A DNA stretch of 64,000 nt from Hyaloraphidium curvatum SAG 235-1 (Eukaryota > Fungi > Monoblepharomycota): positions 496,001 through 560,000 of the forward strand of contig JAIVFI010000027.1 of the NCBI GenBank assembly GCA_025558095.1, given 5' to 3'. The translations under genes and the position numbers were made by a program. Below, one piece after another: positions 1-9,083 of the stretch. Position 1 is the first letter of the stretch; each line of letters begins with the position of its first letter. The notes beneath the pieces were generated by a model. The model saw only the letters and a list, made by a program, of their open reading frames with translations. It was not told the origin of the DNA and did not search any database.

Positions 1-21
1 TCCATTGCCCGAACGGAACGA

Positions 22-793
22 TTACACCTTTGCCTTGACATCTGCCCCGCGCTCGCTGATGAAGGCGCTGTCCATCCCCATGCCGACCTTTTCCTTGTCC
101 AGCGGGAAGATGTGCCCGCCCTGCACCGCCTTGCGGAGCTTGCGCGCGGCCCCGACCTTGGAGAGGTGGGCGTGCGACGCCATGACGTCCGAGACTGAGA
201 AGGTGATCCCCCAAAGGCGGGGAATGGGGGATTGGGGCTTGACCTTGGGATCCGAGCCGTCCGGGCCGACGACTGGAAGGAGCGTGGCGATCTTGAGAAG
301 CAGAAAAGATCCAAAAGAAGGCAGACAGCCCACCTTCGATGATGCAGCCGTCGTCCAGGCGGAAGAAGGCAAACTCCAGCCCCGGCCTGTTCCGAACTGC
401 GCCCCTCCGCCTCGGCTTCAACCCCAGCTCCTTCGAAAAGGCATCGACGACCGTGCCGACGTGGGGCGTCTGGACGACGGCGTGGTCCACCCCCGTGGCA
501 TAGTTGGGGTGCTTCTCCGGGGCACGCGTGGGCATGGTTCCGGTGACGCGGACGTCCAGTCCTGCCACGTCGTGCCGCGTCTCGCCCGGTGGCGCGCCCT
601 CGCGGTACATCAGCCAGCGCAGCACGGGGTACGACGCGTCCGGGGCGGCAGAACGGCCCGCAAGGACAAAGTCCGTGTCGCCCACGCGGCACACGCCGTC
701 GGGCGAAACGGAGAAGCCGGCCGCGCGCCATGCCGACGCGTCGTCGGCGACGGCGATCGCGAGGAGCCGCGATGCGGGCGCCGTGCGGGGCAT
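22..793 (-). CDS. VOC/glyoxalase-like protein, 236 aa, 2 exons (334-793, 22-272); not called correctly in the ORF track
   Basis: Spliced translation MPRTAPASRLLAIAVADDASAWRAAGFSV...EKHPNYATGVDHAVVQTPH...FAFFRLDDGCIIE/VVGP...RLWGITFSVSD...KAKV*, with a 61-nt GT-AG intron at 273-333. The HPN..DHxVV, EVVGP and LWGITF motifs match bacterial VOC proteins. Confidence 0.8.
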
Positions 794-874
794 TATGGTT
801 GGATCGATGCGAGCCAGGTGCCGACGCGCGGCGGCGACGCCCGTCCCCACCCTTTCAACCTCACTCTTGCTGCG

Positions 875-2098
875 ATGTCGGACAACATGACCGGGTCGCC
901 GGGTGCTGCAGGCGTTGGCGCTGCTGCCGAAGAAGCCGCGCCTTTGCCGCCGACCGTCGCTGCGGACGCGGAGGCTCCGCTCGAAGACTCTTCCCCCGAC
1001 GACCTGGTCGTGAACGTTCCCCCGCTCCCCAACGAGCTCATTTCTTCGGTTATGGAGATCCTCGGCCGCCGCAACTGGAAGCACAGCCTGCTGGAGTTCA
1101 TGCTGGCTAGCAAGCGGTGCTACGTCCTCGGGCTGCGGGAGCTCGCGGGCGACCTCGTCCTCGGCCCGCGCGAAGGTTTCGGACCGGAAAAGCTCGAGCT
1201 GCTGGCCCGCGGATACGAGTACGCCGGCGAGCCTGTGCCGCGCCTCGTCAAGAAGCTCAAGATCGCGCCTGGGATCACCTGGTCGGCCAAGAGGCTGAAG
1301 GTGCTGCGAAAGATCCTCGTCGGTGTGGAGCGTTTCGAGTACGAGTCGCACGGGGCCAAGATCATGAAGACGATTTGGAATCTGTTGGAGGGTGCCCGGG
1401 AGCTCACATGGGTGAAGCTGGCCCTCTACCAGGACGCCGCAGAAGGTTTCGACGGCACTTCGCGGTTCCCACCATCCGTTCGCGACCTCGTGCTTTCCCT
1501 TTCTGACTTTTGGAACAAGGCGGCCCGGCAAAGGCGCTATGCTGACACGTCTGCGCTGCGGAATATGATCATGGAGCGGGCGCCGAACCTCCAGAGGCTC
1601 CACTTTGCGGGGGTTGAGCTGCTCAAAGATTGCGACTGGATCTCGTGCCCTGGTATCCGCAACAAGCTGTTTACGATCAAGAGCGGCTTCGACGATGTCG
1701 TACCATTCGCAAACGTACCAGGTTTCCGCATTCCTCATCTCCGTCTGGATTCCTGGTCAAACGTGCTCTTCAACTGGGACCTCGTCTTTCGCCTGGGAGT
1801 CGAGCATCTGGAGACCGCATCCTTATGGCAGCACGATTTTCAGAGCCTCATCTTTGCGCCTGGAACACCTCGTGCCGTGAAACGCTTCGTGATACGGCGC
1901 AACGAGTCCAGCACCCCACTTGGACTCGACGACATCTTTGCGCGGATCAGGACCCGTCTGGCAGCGGCGGACATTGGAGAGCTCATCGTAGTCTTCCGCA
2001 ACGAGGGGTTTTCGTCGGAGCGCGCGCACTGGGATTCCCTGGGCGTCAAGTGGGCAAACGAACAGGAGCTGGAGAGCTCGAGCATTTGGACCATCTGA
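875..2098 (+). CDS. Lineage-specific F-box-like/LRR-like protein (407 aa), paralog of 15899-17065
   Basis: ATG at 875. F-box-like LPNELISSVMEILGRRNWKHSLLEFMLASK is followed by degenerate LRR-like segments. Intronless. Confidence 0.7.
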   Translation: MSDNMTGSPGAAGVGAAAEEAAPLPPTVAADAEAPLEDSSPDDLVVNVPPLPNELISSVMEILGRRNWKHSLLEFMLASKRCYVLGLRELAGDLVLGPREGFGPEKLELLARGYEYAGEPVPRLVKKLKIAPGITWSAKRLKVLRKILVGVERFEYESHGAKIMKTIWNLLEGARELTWVKLALYQDAAEGFDGTSRFPPSVRDLVLSLSDFWNKAARQRRYADTSALRNMIMERAPNLQRLHFAGVELLKDCDWISCPGIRNKLFTIKSGFDDVVPFANVPGFRIPHLRLDSWSNVLFNWDLVFRLGVEHLETASLWQHDFQSLIFAPGTPRAVKRFVIRRNESSTPLGLDDIFARIRTRLAAADIGELIVVFRNEGFSSERAHWDSLGVKWANEQELESSSIWTI

Positions 2099-2455
2099 GC
2101 ACCGGAGCGGTTTGCTGGGCAGAACGCGAAGCTGCTTTCGTGGCGAAACGGGCGCAACATCACGATCGAATGCTTCTCTTCTTCGTTGATTGATTGTAGC
2201 TTCTAGAACACGAATCATTCATTCGTCAACGACCGTCACTGTCTTGAAGCTCCCTATCCCCGTCGAGACAAGCTTTTCCGATTGAAATCGGGACGGCAGC
2301 ACGACCTCGACCTTCTCCATCCTCCCAAGCGCGGCCGACCTCCTGCGGAAGAGCTAGTCCACGGCGTGCCGCACGATTGAGGTCCGCTCGAAAGCCCTCC
2401 CTGTCCGCCGAGACGTTCACGCACCGGAGCCGCTTGCCGAAAACATTGAGCCGCT

Positions 2456-3144
2456 TCAGGAAACGAAAGAGCTGCATCCGCAGAGCACTTCGCTGTCTAT
2501 GTAGGAGAGTGATTCGAGGTGCGGGAGCCCAGCGACGGTACGTTCACTTGCTCCCCTTCCCCACCTCAACCTGTGTAGAAGTTGGTAATGTCCACCCCGC
2601 GCTCCTCCATGTGGATTTCGAGTCGCTCCAAAAGCGGGCAATCGGTTCGACATGCCCGGGTAGGTCGTCAGGCTCGGAGCCAGGAGGACGACACTGTTGA
2701 CGTAGGGCGGGCGAGAGACAAGTCCCGCAGCTCGGCAAAGGCAGTCGAATTTGCCGCCCGGACGTCGGCGTGCACCGCGTACGTGTTGTCCGGGTGGTAA
2801 ACGGCGCGAAGCAGGCGTGGAACCGCGGCGAGCGAGGTCTTGTCCACTATCATGGTGTATCCGATGCCCCGCCGCGGGCCAGAGGTCGAGAACGGCGCGT
2901 CCGGCGCGGCATTCCGCCCACGAGAGACAGGGAATCCCACCAGCGGACCGATGACGGCGCCTGCCACGAACAAAAGAACAGCCCTTAGCAGCGAGGAGAG
3001 GCCCTGTATCGGTCCTGGGCCCGTCCTCTTCGCCCTTTGTTTGCCGGCAGCGTCGTCGTCCTGCAGGTGCGTCGACGGTGCGGCCCCTTGCCATTCCGCG
3101 TCCGTCGGCCGCACTCCGCTCGTGCGATGCCAAGTCGAGGCCAT
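2456..3144 (-). pseudogene. Truncated/frameshifted core-2/I-branching (GT14-like) glycosyltransferase fragment
   Basis: Type II TM segment LLRAVLLFVAGAVIG, then GIGYTMIVDK...RLLRAVYHPDNTYAVHAD (GT14 N-terminal motif). The frame breaks near 2700, and similarity is lost after VVLLAPSLTTYPGMS. Confidence 0.55.
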
Positions 3145-3434
3145 GGCTAGGCCTGATCCCGCGGGGGCGCGTAACCGTGGGCGGTTTTCTTCGGGACGCA
3201 AGGGATCAAGGGGGACGCATCGGCACCTGCGGACTTGCCGGCGGAGACCCGGATTCGCCGTTGATCTAAGAAGAAGTGAATGTGAATCTATCTTAGGCAA
3301 CGGCATTCTCTATCGTCCTGGGGATTCGCCAGGACAGTGATTCGTATGGCAGAAGTTCGTCAAAAGGACGTTCTCGACGTGTCTCAACCAGAGTGAGTGA
3401 GTGCAGTCTCTCGCAAGCGCCAACAGTACCGGCG

Positions 3435-4325
3435 ATGTCGGTCCGGAATCCCGACGCTCACCGGGCCGGCACGGCCGTTCGGGCTCTCTACGAGCCCCAC
3501 TACGCGTTCCCCGCGTGGACGCTCGAGCCCGCCGTGTGGAACGACGCCGACTTTGCCGCGACGCGCGTGCTCCACCACGCGTCGGACGCCCTCCCCGACG
3601 TGGTGCGCGTGGCGACGGAGCGCGAGCCGTGCAACATCGGGATGGACCGACTTTACGACGAGGACGAGATGGCGGCGGCGTTCGGGTGGGCGCGCGGTGC
3701 GTACGGCGACTCGCTGCCGGGGAGGCCGATGCCCAACATCGCCGTGCTGTGCCGCGCGACGGTCCAGCTGAGGAGCAGGAGGGTGCGCGCCTGGGTTATC
3801 AGCCTCGTCGGGGTCGCGCACGATTCGCCAGAGCAACCCGACTCCCAGATCTTCACGACGCCGGAAGAGGTGGTGGCGGCCTACAAAAGAATGTGGAGCT
3901 TGTGCGCCGCTGCCGCCGTGATGCTGAAGAGGGAGCAAGGCGTTCAAACCCTGCAAGTGTACAACGTCGGCGGCGGTGCGTTCGCGGGCTCCCTGTTTGA
4001 TGACTTTGTCCGCGAATGCTTCGAGCCCGCGTTCCTGCCGCTCCTCCCCGAGCTGGAAAAAGCAGGGGTTACTGTCGCCGGTTACGATTTCCAGCAGCAC
4101 AGGTTCACCGGAGGGTGGATACCCAACGTGCTCGAGGCGCTCGACGACGTCACCCTGGAACGCACGCTGTGGGTCAATGCCTGGGATCCCTGGTCCCTGA
4201 TCGGCAATGGCAACGCCGGGGACGGCTCGCTGGATGGGTACTGGGGTCGATGCTCGAACCTCGCTATCTTGGGCTGGCCGTGCACCAATCCGCACGTGCG
4301 TTACGTGGCCGTTGACGACTCGTAA
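3435..4325 (+). CDS. Uncharacterised intronless protein (296 aa), possibly macrodomain-like
   Basis: Clean ORF with coding-like composition and motifs VYNVGGGAFAG and WVNAWDPWSLIGNGNAGDGSLDGYWGR. Function is inferred only. Confidence 0.75.
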   Translation: MSVRNPDAHRAGTAVRALYEPHYAFPAWTLEPAVWNDADFAATRVLHHASDALPDVVRVATEREPCNIGMDRLYDEDEMAAAFGWARGAYGDSLPGRPMPNIAVLCRATVQLRSRRVRAWVISLVGVAHDSPEQPDSQIFTTPEEVVAAYKRMWSLCAAAAVMLKREQGVQTLQVYNVGGGAFAGSLFDDFVRECFEPAFLPLLPELEKAGVTVAGYDFQQHRFTGGWIPNVLEALDDVTLERTLWVNAWDPWSLIGNGNAGDGSLDGYWGRCSNLAILGWPCTNPHVRYVAVDDS

Positions 4326-4676
4326 CCATGGTGCTGCGACCAGTATGATGTCACCGTGAGTCGTGGAATTGACTCACTTCCTTGAAGTGGGCGGGATGCG
4401 GCACCCTTTGAAGTGCGTGGTGACGGCGACGCCAGGCGGCGCGCGAGGCGAATGTCACCTAATGGCACGCCGACGTGCCGTGGGGCCCGATAAAATGCAT
4501 TCGATCCGATAAGTGATTAAACTTGCGTCCCTCGAATGATGACACAAAAGAGCACAAGGGGGGGGGGTTCCCCACGTCCCCAATCCCTGCGGTCCGGTTC
4601 GCTCCCCGATCCGAACCACCAGCCGTCTCCACTGCGGCAACCGATCGATTGGATGCCCCTGCCGCCTGCACAGCAT

Positions 4677-5722
4677 TCACATCTCGCCCGCAGCCATCTT
4701 GAGCACCGCTCTGGCCACGCTCAAGCTCCCGCTAGAGAACCATCCTGCAGCCTTCATCCGTGCTTCCAGGTCCTTCGCGTCCTTCTCGGTGAACTTATCT
4801 CCCAGCATGCGGACGCAGAAGGCGGTGCAGACCTCGGCGTATGGCGATCCACAGGGAATCTGCATCGGATAGGCACGATCAGATCTTTCGATCTCAACCA
4901 CGATCCCCTGGATGCCTACCTCGGGATGCCATTGCACCGTAAGACAGCGAATCTTATTATCAGGTCCGCGCAGACAGGCTGCCTGGTGCTCAGTGAGCGA
5001 GGAAGTCCCGAGCGGCTCGAAACCTGGAGCGAGTTCGAGAACAGCATCCTGTGAACACCAGTGCATCAATCACGGGTAAGATCGCTGCCAATCCAGACGT
5101 ACCCGATGGAATTGGATGGCGTCCAGGTGCTCCTGCGGCGCCCCGACCTGCGCAAAGATCGCCCGTCCTGCCGGCGTCGGATCCACCCTGATCAGGCCCA
5201 CTTCCCAGCCTTTCGGGTTCTCCTTGACCGCGCCACCGAGTGCATGGTGCACGAGCTGGCTGTAAGACACGGAATCCACCTCAGCTAACGACAGTGTCTA
5301 GTCGGCGTGCTTCAACCCACTGTCCGAAACAGACCGCGATCAGGGGGACGCCGCCCTCGCAATACGCCCCGTGCCACGCCTTGATGAGCTCCTCCTCCTT
5401 CTCCATCCACTCCTTGCCCTCGGCGAGCATCGATGTGCTGCCCGTTAGCAGCACAGCGTCGAACGACGCTAGCTCCGTTGGGCTGGGCAGCTCCCCCGCG
5501 AACCCGCAGTAGGTCACCACCTCGACGGCGCATCCCTCCTCCTCCGCCGCTTTCGAAAGGAGCCGGCCGAACACCTGGGTCGGCGTCAGCGCCGTCCGCA
5601 GGTCAGGAGATGGAGCCCACCTCGTCGAGCTCGAGCGCTTCGGTGCCGGCCCAGGTGGGCGATGAATGGTCCTCGTTCTCCACCACCGCTATCCGGCGGG
5701 GGCAGGCACCCGATACGGTCAT
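4677..5722 (-). CDS. Class I glutamine amidotransferase-like protein (multi-exon)
   Basis: Spliced motifs FDAVLLTGS, LIAVCFGH/QLVHHALGG, KGWEVG, FH/QDAV and VQWHPE give the Cys-His-Glu triad. There are 3-4 short GT-AG introns. Confidence 0.9.
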
Positions 5723-5923
5723 GTTCGCGGCTGGGAAGCAGGGCAGCGCGCGTGGAGCGGGGATTGGGACAGGCGGAGGAACGAGCGGTGGAGCGCGACA
5801 ATCGGCACAGCCCGAAGTTGTTGCGGACACTCCGGTGCCGTTGCGAGATGGACCAACAGATCGCGCAGGATTCCCTAGATGGTTACCATCGTGTTGGCCA
5901 GCGGCGATTTGCCGCGCGCCGGT

Positions 5924-6002
5924 ACGTTCCTCGGTCCGATATCAGCCTCCGTGCCCGCGGCAGCGCCGCTTTCCGGCCCGTGGCTTCATAGTCGCAGAAC
6001 GC
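5924..6002 (-). promoter_or_regulatory. SECIS element (eukaryotic type II) in the 3' UTR of the SelU-like gene
   Basis: Minus strand reads GCGTTCT-gcgact-ATGAA-GCCACGGGCC-ggAAA-GCGGC-gct-GCCGC-g-GGCACGGAGGC-TGAT-atcggaccga-GGAACGT. This gives helix I, an AUGA/GA core, an ~10-bp helix II, an unpaired AAA and a 5-bp apical ministem. Confidence 0.85.
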
Positions 6003-6052
6003 GCCTCGCAGCGCGACTCCTCATCCGCCCGCCTGCTCATACCAGTATGTCC

Positions 6053-6832
6053 TCATGAGGACGCCGCAATCCTCTGCAGCGTCGGCAGCACCTCGGCCTC
6101 GTAGGGCGCAAAGTCGCCGAAGATCTTCTCGAGGTACTGGTACTCGATCTTCTCGGGCTTGTTGCCGACGATGACTGTGCCGCCCATGACGTAGCCCTCG
6201 CCGATCATGTTGCCCTCGACGGCCTTAAAGGCCGCCTCGAGGTGGGCCTTGACGCCCTCGTCCTCGAGGTCCTCCTTGGTGCCCCGGTGGATCTCGCCGC
6301 CGCCGACGAAGCGATAGAAGATCTTGTCCTGGTCGAGGAAGAGCTCCAGGGGCCTTCGCGAGGACGGCAAGCGTCGATTAACACGCGAGTCCGTGTGGGG
6401 CAAGCCGCGGAGGGGGGACCCACCAGTACTTCTCCTTGAACTCCTCGGCACCGAGCTCCTCCTTAAGCACGGCGACGAGCCGGAAACCGAGTTTCTCGAT
6501 CTCCTCCTTATGGGAGGCCTGTCCGACGGAGTCAAGATAAGGCCCTGGACTGTCCCCCGGGCGGCCGCCCCGACACCCACGACCATTTTGGCCTCCTCCC
6601 GACAGAACCATCAGCCTGAATATCCGTGACGACGAAGAGCGGGCGAGAACCGGGATTGGCACGGCGCGCCGCGCCGCAGGTCCGGAAACCGCTCACCGGG
6701 TCGGCGAATCACGAGGACGTATGCCGGCTTGTCCTTCCAGAGCTCCTTCGCGGGGAACTCGACCTTGTCATCGCGGCCGAAGAAGTCAACCAGCGGCGAG
6801 GCGCCGAGCTCCTCGACCGTGATGGGCGCCAT
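6053..6832 (-). CDS. SELENOU: Selenoprotein U / peroxiredoxin-like 2 (FAM213, AhpC-TSA_2 family), 188 aa, Sec47 encoded by TGA at 6611-6613
   Basis: Exons 6697-6832, 6581-6615, 6424-6518 and 6053-6353 give MAPITVEELG...LWKDKPAYVLVIRRPG-U-WFCREEAKMV...LELFLDQDKIFY...GNMIGEGYVMGGTVIVG...EKIFGDFAP. Family similarity continues on both sides of the TGA, and a SECIS lies downstream. Confidence 0.9.
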
Positions 6833-7010
6833 GTTTGTGGCGGCCAGGGCAGCGGGCCGGTTCCCTTGCCGCGCGCTCCCTCAACTCCAAACGTCTCCCA
6901 GCCTCCACTTCGCGTATATAGCGGTCCTGGATCAAGGACTGCTCCTTTTTTGGTTCCTAGACTCTGGTTCTTGAGGAAAAGGACCCTCGTCCCATCTTTT
7001 CCTCCCCAAA

Positions 7011-8341
7011 ATGGCTCCAAACGACCTCGTCGTCCCCTACTCGACCCTCCTCCCCTTCGTCGGCTCCATCTTCCGCTCCGCCGGCTGCTCCGAAGCCGAG
7101 AGCGAGCGCATCTCGCGGTACCTCATCTCGGCCAACCTCACCGGCCACGACTCGCACGGCATCATCCGCGTGCCGCGCTACGTCTCGAGCCTCAAGATGG
7201 GCATGGTGCAGAAGGACCAGCAGCTCACGGTGATCAGCGAGGGCCCGTCGCACGCGATGGTCAGCGGGAACTACGGGTTCGGGCAGACGGTGGCGCCGCT
7301 GGCGGTGGAGATGGGGATCAAAAAGGCCAAGGAGACGGGGATGGCGATCGTCGGGCTCAGGGAGGCGGGGCACGTGGGAAGGGTGGGGGACTGGGGCGAG
7401 ATGGCGGCCGAGCAGGGGCTGGTCAGCATCCATTTTGTCAACGTCGGCAAGGCCGAGGTGGGTTGCTTCGGTGCGGGGCCCCAAAGCGAGCCTGATCACT
7501 TTCATTCTTGGCGGTTCGTCCACCACGCTGGTGATCACCCCATTCAGCTCGTCGCGCCATTTGGGGGCACCTCCAAGCGCTTCTCCACAAACCCCTTCTG
7601 CGTTTGCGTGCCGCAGCCCGACGGGCGTCCGCCGCTGCTGCTGGACTACGCGACGTCGACCGTGGCCGAGGGCAAGATCCTTGTGGCCAGCAACGGTGGC
7701 AAGCCGGTTCCTGCGACGTCCATGATCACCAAGGACGGCCAGTACTCTGGCGACCCCGAGGTGCTCTGTGGGTAATCCGGCTGCTGTGTGTTGGATGTTG
7801 CTGACAAACACTCCAGACGGACCCCTCACGCCGGGCGGCCCGCGCAACCCCATGAACGGCACGGGCAGCATGACCGCCTTTGGCGAGCACAAGGGCTCCG
7901 CGCTGGCCTTCATGTGCGACGTCCTCGCGGGGTGCTTCATCGGCTCGCCGACCTCGGGGCCCGTGCCGCCGCCGTCGACCTTTGGTGGGCTCTCCCGATT
8001 GCCGGCGCACGGCGATCCCTGACCCCCTTTCGGCGACAGACAAGGCCGCGCCGTACCGCAGCTCATACTGCAACGGCATGCTCTCGATCTACGTCGACCC
8101 CGCGCGGATCGGCGCGCCGGCCGAGTTCGCGGCCAAGGCGGCCGATTTCGCGGAATACGTGCGCGCCTCCGAGCCCGCGGCGCCGTCGGTCAACCCCTCG
8201 CAACGGGTGCTGTGCCCCGGGGATGCCGAAGCCGAGACGAGAGCAAAGAGGATGAAGGAGGGGGTGCCGGTGCCCAAGGAGGTTTGGGATGGGCTGGTGA
8301 GCGCGGCGAAAGAGGTGGGAGCGGAGGTGCCGAGCCTTTGA
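7011..8341 (+). CDS. Malate/L-lactate dehydrogenase (Ldh_2, YbiC/HcxB-like), 4 exons
   Basis: Motifs ANLTGHDSHGIIRVPRY, GNYGFGQ, GHVGRVG, APFGG..RFSTNPF, LDYATS, FGEHKGSAL and VLCPGD, with three GT-AG introns. Confidence 0.92.
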
Positions 8342-9083
8342 GGAAGGGATGGGAGGGGTATCGCCGTGGCTGCCGTAGCGGGTGTATGTGGTTCGACCGG
8401 GGAAGGATGGCAGATGGGCCACCACATGCGACGGATTTCAATCACAAGAGCCTACATAGCAGCCCGATTGTCCGCATCCGCACGCCGTGTGGCGGGGAGC
8501 GCAACGCCGGTGGCCGCCGGCCATCCGAGTCGGCCGACCGGCCCGCCGTCGGCCCTTCCAGAAAAGTCCCCCATCCGGCGCGGCAATTCCAGAAAACCCT
8601 CACTTGAGGCCCATGCTGCGGGGTAACGGGTCGGAACGGCTCTCACTGCCCGTCCTCGACCGTCTCCCACGGACCCTGGGTTGCGGAGGCCGATCCCCTT
8701 GCCACAGTTCGTTCGAAGGTCTCGGAACGCGGGCGAGAGGTCGGGGATATGGGGGAGGCGTGTGTGGGATTCGGCCGGCGCGAATTTTTGGCGGCAGGAT
8801 GTGTCGCGGACGGCCAGACGACTCTGGACGAGTTTTGGAGAGGGACGGAAGGGGTCGAAAGGCTCGAAGTACAACGGAGGGCGCAACATCCGCGACAGCG
8901 GCTTCGCTTGGATGAAGATCACTTACCGGGGATTACGAGTGCGGTACACGGATCGATGCAAGGATCGGTCGGTGCATGCGAGTGGTTTCCGCCACGGGCG
9001 GTTCGCCTCGCCGCCGCCGGTGGGGTCGGCCTTGCGCCAAAGTCCGGCACCGTCCTGCCCACGTCCCCCGCCGCTCCCCGCCG

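Noticed and set aside
5-874. N-terminal 290 aa of the 697-aa plus-strand ORF
   Set aside because: This is the antisense shadow of the VOC gene. The paralog supports the ATG at 875.
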